DNA from: Chloroflexota bacterium
GTDB taxonomy: Bacteria > Chloroflexota > UBA11872
DNA: 60,836 nt
Direction of reading: 5' to 3'
NCBI GenBank assembly: GCA_034428595.1
Contig: DAOUHO010000041.1
Span: 1-60,836 of the forward strand
Every line of letters begins with the position of its first letter. Position 1 is the stretch's first letter. Shown here one piece after another: positions 1 to 8,268 of this stretch. Below the pieces are notes generated by a model. The model worked only from the letters and a program-made list of their open reading frames with translations, was not told where the DNA came from and did not search any database. The position numbers and the translations under genes are program-made.

Positions 1-924
1 GCGTTCCTCGGTGCGGCGGGCGAATTCGACCGCCGTCGCCCTGGCCGGGGCCACGTCGAAGAAGACGATGTTGGTCTCCAGGTCGTCCAACTCGACCGCG
101 AGGCCCGGCGCGTCGCTCACGATCTCGGCCAGCAGGCGCGCGTTGGCGTGATCTTGGGCGAGCTTGGGCGGGGTTTCCTCGAGGGCCACGAGACCCGCCG
201 CGGCAATCACACCCGCCTGCCGCATGCCGCCGCCCAGCATCTTGCGGACGCGCCGCGCCTCGAGGATGAATGCTTCAGATCCGACCAGGAGCGACCCGAC
301 GGGCGCGCCGAGTCCCTTGGACAGGCAGAACTGCACGCTGTCGGCTTCCCTGACGAGGTCGCTGACCGGTGCGCCGAGCGCCGCGGCGGCATTGAAGATG
401 CGCGCGCCGTCCACGTGGACCAGCAAGCCGTGCGCGCGGGCGGTGCGGCCGATCTCGGCCATGTTCTCGGGAGTGACGCACACGCCGCCCGCGCCGTTGT
501 GGGTGTTCTCGACGCACACCAGACGCGTGGTGGCCAGGTGCACGTCCCGCGGCTTGACCGCCGACTCGATGAGCTCGGGGGTGAGCACGCCGCGCGGGGC
601 GTGCACCGTGGTCATGGTGACGCCCGCCAGCGAGGCCCAGCCGCCGACCTCCCACATCACGAGGTGGGCCCGTTCTTCGGCGATGACGTCATCCCGCGGA
701 CGGCAGTGGGTGATGAGGGCGCAGGCGTTGCCCTGGGTGCCGCTGGTGACAAAAAGCGCGGCCGGCTTGTCGAACAGCTCGGCGACGTACTCCTCGAGCC
801 TGTTGACGGTGGGGTCCTCGCCGGAGACGTCGTCACCGACCTCGGCCTCGGCCATGGCACGCCGCATGGAGTCGGTGGGCAGCGTCATGGTGTCGCTGCG
901 CAACTCGATGGGTTTCCGGGTCAT
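1..924 (-). CDS. ltaE: low-specificity L-threonine aldolase (PLP-dependent); 3' end runs off the window
   Basis: Own translation of the minus strand from the ATG at 924: MTRKPIELRSDTMTLPTDSMRRAMAEAEVGDDVSGEDPTVNRLE...VENTHNGAGG...HVDGARIFNA...CLSKGLGAPVGSLLVG...GGGMRQAG. This is collinear with E. coli LtaE motifs. It is absent from the ORF track because there is no stop inside the window. Confidence 0.85.
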   Translation of the reverse strand, partial: MTRKPIELRSDTMTLPTDSMRRAMAEAEVGDDVSGEDPTVNRLEEYVAELFDKPAALFVTSGTQGNACALITHCRPRDDVIAEERAHLVMWEVGGWASLAGVTMTTVHAPRGVLTPELIESAVKPRDVHLATTRLVCVENTHNGAGGVCVTPENMAEIGRTARAHGLLVHVDGARIFNAAAALGAPVSDLVREADSVQFCLSKGLGAPVGSLLVGSEAFILEARRVRKMLGGGMRQAGVIAAAGLVALEETPPKLAQDHANARLLAEIVSDAPGLAVELDDLETNIVFFDVAPARATAVEFARRTEER

Positions 925-981
925 CGGTCCTCGCGTATGCGGCGCCGGGGCTGGGCGACGCCGATCGTAGCTCGCGGCAAG

Positions 982-2001
982 CTAGACCGATTCCAGATAG
1001 CGCGCCAGCTCGTCGCGGGCGAACGTGGGCATGGGAGCCGCGTCGTCGTCCGCCGCAAACGTCGACCCGGCGTCGCGGTCCACGATCGACCCGATCCGCG
1101 CCGCGTCGATGCCGGTGCGGCGCAGCCTGGAGAGCGCGCCATCGGCTGCGGCGGGATCTACCGCAGCCAGGAGGGCGCCGGATGCGATGAGTCCGAGCGG
1201 ATCGAGGCCCAGGGCGTCGCAGACGGCCCGGCACTCGGGGTAGATGGGGATGGCGTCGCAGTCGATCGCCAGACCAACCTGCGCGGCCTCGGCCAACTCA
1301 TGCAACGCCATGGCCACGCCGCCTTCCGTCGGGTCGTGCATGGCGTGCACGACCGCCCGTTCTTGCAGCAGGATTTCAGCCGCCCGGCGCACCGCGATTC
1401 CCGGGTGGCCGCGCAAGCCGGCTGCGGCGGCAATGACCGCCGGCGCGACCCCGCACGCCCGGAGCGCCGGCGCGTGCTCCTCGGCGAGGATGGCCGTGCC
1501 TTCGATGGCGACCCCGCCGGTAAGGATGACCGCGTCGCCGATGCGCGCGCCCGAAGTTCGCACGACCCCGTCCCGCGGCACGGTGCCCAGCAGGCACCCA
1601 ATGGCCATGGCCCGGTCCAAGCCCACGGTTATCTCCGTGTGCCCGCCAACCAGCGCCACGTCGTGCGCCCGCGCCGCCTGCGCCAGGTCGTCCAAGAGCC
1701 GACGGGCGCCCTCCGCGTCGATGCCTTCCGGCAGCAGCAGCGTGGTCACCAGCCAGCGCGGGCGCGCGCCCGTGGTCACGAGGTCATTTTCGTTGACGGC
1801 GAGCAGATCGTGGGCGAGCTGGGCGCTGCCGAAGGTGATCGGGTCGGAGGCGGCGACAAGGAGCTCATCGCCGCCAAGATCCAGCACGGCCGCGTCTTCG
1901 CCGATGGCCGCACCGAGGACCACGTCGGCCGGCGGGGCGGGCACCCCGCGTAGGAATTGCCGGAGCAGGTCGGGAGGGAGCTTTCCCGCGGGCAGGTTCA
2001 C
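982..2001 (-). CDS. AIR synthase-related protein (PurM/HypE/ThiL-fold ATP-utilising enzyme)
   Basis: 339-aa ORF. It has an N-terminal GEDAAVL motif, a HTEIT-type motif, DPTEGG, and a two-domain PurM-like layout. Specific function is unknown. Confidence 0.7.
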   Translation of the reverse strand: MNLPAGKLPPDLLRQFLRGVPAPPADVVLGAAIGEDAAVLDLGGDELLVAASDPITFGSAQLAHDLLAVNENDLVTTGARPRWLVTTLLLPEGIDAEGARRLLDDLAQAARAHDVALVGGHTEITVGLDRAMAIGCLLGTVPRDGVVRTSGARIGDAVILTGGVAIEGTAILAEEHAPALRACGVAPAVIAAAAGLRGHPGIAVRRAAEILLQERAVVHAMHDPTEGGVAMALHELAEAAQVGLAIDCDAIPIYPECRAVCDALGLDPLGLIASGALLAAVDPAAADGALSRLRRTGIDAARIGSIVDRDAGSTFAADDDAAPMPTFARDELARYLESV

Positions 2002-2012
2002 GGCCGATCGCC

Positions 2013-3263
2013 GTGGGCGCTAGGATTCGGCAGGGGGAGCCCATGCGCGATGCCCAACGGACCGGCGCGGGGGGCGCCATGGCGGAGGAGCCCGCGGCGC
2101 CGGCGCACGACACCCGCGAGAGCGCGCGCCTTCGCGAGGCGCTGGTTCAGAAGCTGGCGCATGCGGCCACGTTACGCGATCCCCGCATCACCGCCGCGCT
2201 CCGAGCCGTGCCGCGGCACGCGTTCGTGCCCGAAGCCACCCTGGAACGCTCCTACCAGGACACGGTGGTCCCGGTGAAGTACGAGGACGACGAGCTGCTG
2301 AGCACCCTCTCCCAGCCTTCCGCGATCGTGGTGATGCTGGAGCAGTTGCAGGTCGGCGCGGGCATGCGCGTGCTGGAGATCGGCACCGGCACGGGCTATA
2401 ACGCCGCGCTGCTGGCGGAGCTGGTCGGACCGAACGGCCAGGTGGCCACCGTGGACATCGATGAGGATCTGACCCGGCGGGCCCGAGAGGCGCTGCGAAG
2501 CGTCGGCTACGGGGCCGTGAAGGTCCACACCAGCGATGGTTTCGACGGCGCCGCGGATGGCGCTCCGTACGACCGGATCGAGTTGAGCGCGGCGACGCCG
2601 GTCATCTCGCCCTCCTGGACCAAGCAGCTGGTCGACGGCGGGTTGCTGGTGGGTCCCATCAACGTGAAGGGGTTGCCGTTTCTCACCCCGGCGTTTCGCA
2701 AGCACGGGACGCGTTTGGTTGCCGAATCGATGCGCGCGTGCAGCTTCCTGTCGCTGCGCGGGTCCGCCGCGGCCGCGAGTGCAGTTTTTCGATTGCCGGT
2801 GCGGCCCAAGCTCCGGTTCGTGTGGGAATCGCCGGACGAGTTTCCCGCCGGCGTGCTGACGCGGGTGTTCCGCCAGAAGCGCCAGATGCGCGACGAGGTG
2901 CCCATTGCCTGGGGGGCGGCGGCCTACGTGCTGCTGACGAACGGCGACGCGTTTGTGACCGAAGCCAGCGACGGCCGCGTGCGCGGAATCTCGCTGCTGG
3001 ACCGCGAATCCGAGTCGCTGGCGAGCATCATGACGTCGAGCGACGGGTGGGGCACGGCGGGCGTGGTGGTCTACGGCGCCGACGGCGCCCACTCGCGCCT
3101 GGCCGCGTCGATCGACGAATGGGCCAAACGCGGGCGGCCAGCCGTCGAGGCCCTGCAGCTGACCGCGGTGCCCTCTCCGGGTCCCGAGCGGTTGGGACCC
3201 GGCGAATACCTGGTCCGTAAGCCCTACTACGACCTGATTGCTAGCTACGACACGCCGCACTAG
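2013..3263 (+). CDS. protein-L-isoaspartate O-methyltransferase homologue, long form with ~190-aa C-terminal extension
   Basis: PCMT motifs are present: RAVPRHAFVP, QPSAIVVMLE, VLEIGTGTGYNAALLAE, DRIELSAA. The protein then continues to 416 aa. The start is uncertain (in-frame alternatives at 2043 and 2079). Confidence 0.75.
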   Translation: MGARIRQGEPMRDAQRTGAGGAMAEEPAAPAHDTRESARLREALVQKLAHAATLRDPRITAALRAVPRHAFVPEATLERSYQDTVVPVKYEDDELLSTLSQPSAIVVMLEQLQVGAGMRVLEIGTGTGYNAALLAELVGPNGQVATVDIDEDLTRRAREALRSVGYGAVKVHTSDGFDGAADGAPYDRIELSAATPVISPSWTKQLVDGGLLVGPINVKGLPFLTPAFRKHGTRLVAESMRACSFLSLRGSAAAASAVFRLPVRPKLRFVWESPDEFPAGVLTRVFRQKRQMRDEVPIAWGAAAYVLLTNGDAFVTEASDGRVRGISLLDRESESLASIMTSSDGWGTAGVVVYGADGAHSRLAASIDEWAKRGRPAVEALQLTAVPSPGPERLGPGEYLVRKPYYDLIASYDTPH

Positions 3264-3288
3264 GGCGCCGGAAACCTCCACGTGGCGG

Positions 3289-4632
3289 ATGGCGGCCGTC
3301 GGCGCCGTCCCTCCGCTGCGGGAATGCGCGTCGAACTTCGCCGACTTGCCGCACCTAGCGGTGCTCGACGGCGGCCCGGACGACAGCGGGCGCTGGACCT
3401 ATCTGGCAGCCGACCCGGCGCAATGCCTGGTGTGGGATAGACACGGCGGCGACGGCTTTACCGGGCTTGAGTCTCTGCTTGGACCCGACGACCGGCACCC
3501 GGAGTGGCCGGCGCCTTTCAGCGGCGGCGCCATTGGCTACCTGGCCTACGATGCGGTATTCGACTTGGAGACGTTGCGCGTGCCGCCCGCGCCGGCCCCC
3601 GCGGGCTATCTCTGGGCCGGCGTCTACGACCGGGTGATCGCGCGGGATGAAATGACCGGCGAGGGCTGGGTCGCGGCCACCAGCCGCTTCGGGCGCGATC
3701 CGCAACGGCTCGTGGACGAGGCCCGCGCGCGGCTCGCGACGCCGCCCACCAGACCGCGGGAGGTGCGCGCGTCCGGCGTCACCACGAATCTCGGCCGCGG
3801 TGCCTACGGCGAACGGGTGCGACGAATCCTGGACTACATCGCGGCGGGCGATTGCTACCAAGTCAACCTGGCGCGGCGACTGACGCTTCAGTGCCAGGCA
3901 TCGAGCCTCGACGTGTATCGACAGCTGGTGGATCGGCACCCGGCGCCATTCGGCGCGCTCATTCGAGCGGGGCCGGTCGACGTCGTGAGCGCCTCACCGG
4001 AGCTCTTCATCCGCAGCGACGGCCGGCGGGCGGTGGCGCGTCCCATCAAGGGAACCCGACCTCGGAGTCAGGATCCGGCCGAGGACCGGCGCCGGGCCCG
4101 TGCGTTGCGCGCCAGCGCCAAGGATCGCGCGGAGAACGTGATGATCGTGGACGTGATGCGCAACGACTTCGGGCGCGTGTGTACGCCGGGAAGCGTGCGG
4201 GCGCCGATCCTGTGGTCGGTGGAGCCGCACCCGACGGTATGGCAGCTCGTGTCAGTGATCCGCGGCGAGCTGGCCGAGGGGGCAACGTCGCTCGACCTGC
4301 TCCGCGCCTGTGCGCCGAGCGGCTCCGTGACCGGCGCGCCGAAGCTGCGCGCCATCGAGATCATCGACGAGCTGGAACCGGAGCGTCGCGGGGTCTACTG
4401 CGGGAGCGTGTTTCGGCTCGGATTCGACGGCGCGCTGACCGCGAGCGTGGCTATTCGGACGCTGCAGCTGGCGAACGGGCAGGCCAGCCTGGACGTGGGA
4501 GCGGGGATTGTGGCGGACTCAGATCCGGATCTCGAATTCGACGAGACGTCAGACAAGGCGCGCGGGATCCTGGCCGCGCTGGGTACTCGGGAAAAAGCGC
4601 CGCCGCCAGCCACGCGCCAAGGGCAGGTTTGA
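3289..4632 (+). CDS. pabB: aminodeoxychorismate synthase component I (chorismate-binding enzyme, PabB-like)
   Basis: PIKGTRPR, AENVMIVDVMRND, SVTGAPKLRAIEIIDELE and RGVYCGS motifs. I prefer the ATG at 3289 to the TTG at 3238, which would overlap the upstream gene. PabB versus TrpE is not fully resolved. Confidence 0.8.
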   Translation: MAAVGAVPPLRECASNFADLPHLAVLDGGPDDSGRWTYLAADPAQCLVWDRHGGDGFTGLESLLGPDDRHPEWPAPFSGGAIGYLAYDAVFDLETLRVPPAPAPAGYLWAGVYDRVIARDEMTGEGWVAATSRFGRDPQRLVDEARARLATPPTRPREVRASGVTTNLGRGAYGERVRRILDYIAAGDCYQVNLARRLTLQCQASSLDVYRQLVDRHPAPFGALIRAGPVDVVSASPELFIRSDGRRAVARPIKGTRPRSQDPAEDRRRARALRASAKDRAENVMIVDVMRNDFGRVCTPGSVRAPILWSVEPHPTVWQLVSVIRGELAEGATSLDLLRACAPSGSVTGAPKLRAIEIIDELEPERRGVYCGSVFRLGFDGALTASVAIRTLQLANGQASLDVGAGIVADSDPDLEFDETSDKARGILAALGTREKAPPPATRQGQV

Positions 4633-4645
4633 AACCCGCTCCTAC
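4621..4645 (-). repeat. REP-like hairpin, family C (GTAGGrGC-stem-loop-stem)
   Basis: gggcaggtttgaaacccgctcctac. The loop contains the pabB TGA stop (4630-4632). Confidence 0.6.
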
Positions 4646-4726
4646 ATCCGATCAGTCTGCCCTATCCGTGAGACGCTATCGGTTGCAAGCGCCGCGCCCG
4701 CCGGTTCATTTCGCTGAACGGGTCCG

Positions 4727-5194
4727 CTAGGGATCCAGGTAGCGCGCCTGCACCCAGCCGTCGGGCTCCAGCTCGACCCAGCTGAGCCCATCCGAGGTTC
4801 GTTGCCGGCCGGTGAGCCGCACCTCCGTCTGGAAGAGCAGCACCCGGATCACGGCTGCCCGGACGGTGGGTTCGACCCGGACGTTGAGTCCGTCCGTGGC
4901 ATTGACGCGACGATTCAGCGCGGGCGTGGGCGTGGGCACCGGCGTTAGAGTTGGGGTGGGCGTCGGCGTGACCAACGGCATCACGGTTGGCGCACCTTCG
5001 GGAGGCGCGACGGCCGGTCGCGGCACGACCGGGGCGCTGACCGCCGGCGACACGGTCACCGCCGACAGGTCGATCGGCGGACCGCCGAAGAGGAATCGCA
5101 GCACGATGATGCCGACCACCGGCACCGCCAGCGTGCCGAGGACGCCCAGGGCCACTCCGAGATGGCCCCGCAGCCAGCCTGCCCAGCGCTCCAC
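4727..5194 (-). CDS. membrane-anchored SH3b-domain protein with Pro/Thr-rich linker
   Basis: N-terminal TM helix, a PTPTPTLTPVPTPTP linker, and a C-terminal SH3_3-like segment (NATDGLNVRVEPT...GLSWVELEPDGWVQARYL). Confidence 0.6.
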   Translation of the reverse strand: MERWAGWLRGHLGVALGVLGTLAVPVVGIIVLRFLFGGPPIDLSAVTVSPAVSAPVVPRPAVAPPEGAPTVMPLVTPTPTPTLTPVPTPTPALNRRVNATDGLNVRVEPTVRAAVIRVLLFQTEVRLTGRQRTSDGLSWVELEPDGWVQARYLDP

Positions 5195-5306
5195 GCCGCT
5201 TCGCCACCTCTTGGCCGAACGTGCCGGCCAACCCTAGCGCACGGCCGGCGGGCGTGATCCGGTGGCCCGCGCAGCGTGCAGCGTGGGACAGCCGGTGGTT
5301 GAATTT

Positions 5307-5328
5307 CCCAGGCTGCGCGCAGCCTGGG
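5307..5328. repeat. REP-like perfect palindrome, family D (CCCAGGCTGCGCGCAGCCTGGG)
   Basis: 22-nt palindrome. The ~70-bp flanking context resembles 59815-59890. Confidence 0.7.
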
Positions 5329-5374
5329 CCACCGGGCGCACTCACTCCCGTATCAAGTACGGGGCAGGCTCTGA

Positions 5375-5398
5375 CCCTCTTCCATCAAGGGAGAGGGG
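5375..5398. repeat. REP-like hairpin, family B (CCCTCTCCC-N4-GGGAGAGGG), degenerate copy
   Basis: ccctcttccatcaagggagagggg. Confidence 0.55.
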
Positions 5399-5445
5399 AC
5401 CGCACGGCGTCGGGCACCACCGGTTGCCCGCGATCCCAGGAGCGG

Positions 5446-5484
5446 TCGGGCCTGGAATCCGGCCTCCGCCAGAATGACGGTAGG
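5446..5484 (+). repeat. repeat family E (..GGAWTCCGGC..GGAATGACGG..)
   Basis: tcgggcctggaatccggcctccgccagaatgacggtagg. It matches 33919-33957 with about 4 mismatches in 39 nt. Confidence 0.75.
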
Positions 5485-5526
5485 TGACGCAACGGCCCCC
5501 TCGGCCGCCCTGCTCGTCGCTCCCGG

Positions 5527-5958
5527 CTAGTCGGCGGCAGCCTCGCCGCCCGGCCAGGGGGGCCAGTTTCCGAAGGCTTTAGCCGTGCGGCCCCCATAGG
5601 CCACGGCCACGAGGCCTCGCGCCTCGTCGCCGATGCCGACGAGCATGCCGTTCGCCCGGCCGCCGGCACTGATGGCGATGACGCCGCTGGCCGACCCCGC
5701 GCCGATGGCAATGACGCCGACGGCGTTGAAGAGGCTGACGGCGATCACGCCAACCGCAACGATCGGGCTCATCGCGAACGTCCCCACGCCAACCACATAG
5801 GCGAGCGCCGTCCCCTCGACGACCACGCCTTCCATGTCGACGACGCCGAACGCACCGAGCAACACGACGACCACCGTGGCCACCAGCACGCCCAGCGTGG
5901 CTAGCCCGGATACCCCTCGAGCGACGTTGCCGACGGTTGCCTTGCCTGTTTCCGTCAT
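5527..5958 (-). CDS. hypothetical Gly/Val/Ala-rich membrane protein
   Basis: 143-aa ORF with several hydrophobic segments and reiterated GVIAI/GVIAV motifs. I recognise no family. Confidence 0.45.
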   Translation of the reverse strand: MTETGKATVGNVARGVSGLATLGVLVATVVVVLLGAFGVVDMEGVVVEGTALAYVVGVGTFAMSPIVAVGVIAVSLFNAVGVIAIGAGSASGVIAISAGGRANGMLVGIGDEARGLVAVAYGGRTAKAFGNWPPWPGGEAAAD

Positions 5959-6109
5959 GGTTGCCTCCTCCTGCGCCCCAGCCTGCGTCGTGGCCCACCG
6001 TTGGTCAACGGCCCCCAGGCTGAAGTTGTGGGCGACTTTAGACGTCTGAGCGCCGCATGGAAACCCAGCCCCGGGGGCACTCTCAATTTGTCAATTGACT
6101 TGCGGGGAT

Positions 6110-6158
6110 GGAATCCCGCTCCCCGCCTTCGCGGGGACAGGCTCCGCGGGACTGACGG
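6110..6158 (+). repeat. repeat family E variant with internal CCCCGC-cttc-GCGGGG hairpin
   Basis: ggaatcccgctccccgccttcgcggggacaggctccgcgggactgacgg. Confidence 0.5.
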
Positions 6159-6194
6159 ACTCAACGTAGCGCACACCCCGGGGCTGACACGCCG

Positions 6195-6224
6195 TTGCAG
6201 AAGCGGCGCCCCGCCGCCTACAAT
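6195..6224 (+). promoter_or_regulatory. candidate sigma-70-type promoter upstream of glnA (TTGCAG-N18-TACAAT)
   Basis: ttgcag at 6195-6200 and tacaat at 6219-6224. There is no plus-strand gene upstream. Prediction by eye only. Confidence 0.35.
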
Positions 6225-6285
6225 CCATGGCCGTCGATGGACGGTGTCCGCACGGTGCCAGAGTTGGTGCCCCGGGCGGGATCGC

Positions 6286-6323
6286 GCCCATGCAGCGCTG
6301 CCGCTGCTGGGCGTTTTTTGTTT
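6286..6323 (+). terminator. intrinsic-terminator-like hairpin plus T-tract inside the glnA 5' leader
   Basis: GCCCA-t-GCAGCG-ctgc-CGCTGC-TGGGC followed by GTTTTTTGTTT, about 40 nt before the glnA ATG. There is no U-tract on the opposite strand. Confidence 0.5.
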
Positions 6324-6363
6324 GGTCGAGCGCGCGGCGCCCGGCCGGGGAGGACAAGTCGAA

Positions 6364-7806
6364 ATGGCAGACGCCTCACAAGCAGACCTGGTCCAAGCGG
6401 CGCTTCGTAAAGCGCGGGACGCCGACTGCCGCATCGTGGACGTTCGCTTCACCGATATTCCGGGCACGTGGCAGCACTTCTCCATTCCGCTGGACAAGCT
6501 GGACGAGGACGTGTTCACCGAGGGCCTGGGGTTCGATGGATCAAGCGTGCGGGGATTCCAGCAGATCCATGAGAGCGACATGCTGGTGATGCCCGACCCC
6601 ACCACGGCGTTCGTAGACCCCACGCTGGAAGTACCCACGCTGGTGCTCACGGGCAACATTCAGGACCCGGTGACTGGCGAGCCGTACTCGCGCGATCCGC
6701 GATACGTGGCGCAGAAGGCCGAGCAGCACCTCATCGACAGCGGCATCGCGGACGTGAGCTATTGGGGGCCGGAGGCCGAGTTCTTCATCCTCAACAGCGT
6801 CCGGTTCGACCAGAGCGCCAACGCGGCCTTCTACTTCATCGACTCCGAGGAGGGCATTTGGAATTCGGGCGCGGACGACGCGCACGCGCCGAACCTGGGG
6901 AACCGCCCGCTGCACAAGCGGGGCTATTTCCCCGTCCCGCCCAACGACAAGCTGCAGGACCTGCGCTCGCGGATGACGCTGGCGCTGATGGACGTGGGCA
7001 TTGACGTCGAGCTGCACCACCACGAGGTCGCCACCGGCGGCCAGGCCGAGATCGACATCCGGTACGGCCCGATGACGCAGATCGGCGACCAGATGATGCT
7101 CTTCAAGTACATCATCAAGAACGTGGCGCGGCAGCACGGCTACACCGTGACCTTCATGCCTAAGCCGATATTCGGCGACAACGGATCGGGCATGCACGTC
7201 CACCAGAGCCTGTGGAAGAACGGAACCAATCTCTTCTACGACGCGGACGGCTACGCGATGTTGAGCGAGACGGCCCGGCACTACATCGGCGGCTTGCTGC
7301 GGCACGCCCCGGCGCTGCTGGCCTTCTGCGCACCCACGACAAACTCGTATCGGCGCCTGGTGCCGGGATTCGAGGCGCCGGTGAACCTGGTGTACTCCCA
7401 GCGCAACCGCAGCGCGTGCGTGCGCATCCCGGCGTACTCACCGAGCCCGGCCGCGCGGCGCGTCGAGTTTCGCCCGCCTGACCCAAGCGCCAATCCCTAC
7501 CTCGCCTGCGCGGCCATGCTGATGGCTGGCCTGGACGGCATTCGCAACCAGATCGAGCCCCCGGCCCCGGTGGATCTCGACCTGTACGACTTGGAGCCCG
7601 AGGAGGCGGCCAAGGTGCAGTCGGTGCCCGGATCGCTCTACGAGGTGCTGGACGCGCTGGAAGCCGACCACGCGTTCCTGCGGGAAGGCGGCGTGTTCAC
7701 CCAGGACTTGATCGACACCTGGCTGGACTACAAGCGCACCGTCGAAGCGGACGAGGTGAACCTGCGGCCGCACCCGTACGAGTTCATGCTCTACTACGAC
7801 GTGTAG
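6364..7806 (+). CDS. glnA: glutamine synthetase type I
   Basis: [42 protein letters not shown]..., [24 protein letters not shown], and an adenylylation-type [10 protein letters not shown] motif. GGAGG lies upstream of the ATG at 6364. The ORF-track start at 6001 is a spurious extension. Confidence 0.95.
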   Translation: MADASQADLVQAALRKARDADCRIVDVRFTDIPGTWQHFSIPLDKLDEDVFTEGLGFDGSSVRGFQQIHESDMLVMPDPTTAFVDPTLEVPTLVLTGNIQDPVTGEPYSRDPRYVAQKAEQHLIDSGIADVSYWGPEAEFFILNSVRFDQSANAAFYFIDSEEGIWNSGADDAHAPNLGNRPLHKRGYFPVPPNDKLQDLRSRMTLALMDVGIDVELHHHEVATGGQAEIDIRYGPMTQIGDQMMLFKYIIKNVARQHGYTVTFMPKPIFGDNGSGMHVHQSLWKNGTNLFYDADGYAMLSETARHYIGGLLRHAPALLAFCAPTTNSYRRLVPGFEAPVNLVYSQRNRSACVRIPAYSPSPAARRVEFRPPDPSANPYLACAAMLMAGLDGIRNQIEPPAPVDLDLYDLEPEEAAKVQSVPGSLYEVLDALEADHAFLREGGVFTQDLIDTWLDYKRTVEADEVNLRPHPYEFMLYYDV

Positions 7807-7824
7807 GCGATTGCGGAGAGCGGG

Positions 7825-8268
7825 TTAGCCGCCCGCCGAATCCTCTGAATCGTCGTCCGGAAACGCCTGGCCCAGATCGACCAGGGTCGGCGAGGCGCCG
7901 GGGTGCCGTCGGCGCACGGCGAGGATCCGGTTGATGAACCGTGCGACGCGCCCGGTGCCGACGGGAGACGCTGCGTGTCGCGGGGCCTGTTCGACCGCGT
8001 CCACGCGCGCGCCAGCGAGGTCATCGGGTGGATTGGCGGCGGCTTCCGCGGGCCTGAGCACGCGAAGGGTCGAAATGGCGGCTCCCGGGGGAGCCGCCGT
8101 GCGTCCCACGGCCACGCGCGCCGTGCGCTCGCCGTCGTCGGCGGCTATCACGACTCGCTGGCCGACCTCCGGCGTGAGATCGCCCGGGTCGAGCCATAGC
8201 ACGGGACCGTTGTGGCGCAGGCGCATGCCGATGACGTAGCGAATCGGCGGCGGTGAGTCGACGGTCAC
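7825..8268 (-). CDS. small RicT/YaaT N-terminal-domain-like protein lacking the PSP1 Cys-rich domain
   Basis: YVIGMRLRHNGPVLWLDPGDLTPEVGQRVVIAADDGERTARVAV aligns with the N-terminus of B. subtilis YaaT (VVGVRFKKAGKIYYFDP...). The GTG start at 8268 overlaps the holB TGA (GTGA). The position downstream of holB matches the conserved holB-yaaT synteny. Confidence 0.55.
   Translation of the reverse strand: MTVDSPPPIRYVIGMRLRHNGPVLWLDPGDLTPEVGQRVVIAADDGERTARVAVGRTAAPPGAAISTLRVLRPAEAAANPPDDLAGARVDAVEQAPRHAASPVGTGRVARFINRILAVRRRHPGASPTLVDLGQAFPDDDSEDSAGG

Noticed and set aside
148-1953. 601-aa plus-strand ORF, and many similar long ORFs: 2172-3281(-), 13927-15207(-), 15081-16394(-), 28287-29174(-), 29184-30455(-), 41011-41952(-), 42072-43139(-), 46954-48126(-), 50289-51521(-), 51657-52736(-), 55988-57202(+).
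   Set aside because: They are antisense or out-of-frame shadows of genes with clear family motifs. High G+C suppresses stop codons. Their products are Arg/Ala/Gly/Pro-rich with no recognisable motifs.
6060-6285. Known glutamine riboswitch (glnA RNA motif) or a T-box upstream of glnA; a T-box upstream of leuS (50064-50156).
   Set aside because: Conserved blocks of the glutamine riboswitch were not found. The leuS leader is only ~90 nt and is largely a REP element, which is too short for a T-box.
6001-6363. N-terminal 121-codon extension of glnA in the ORF track.
   Set aside because: The extension runs through repeat family E, the candidate promoter and a terminator-like hairpin. Canonical GlnA homology starts at MADASQ (6364), which has a GGAGG upstream.
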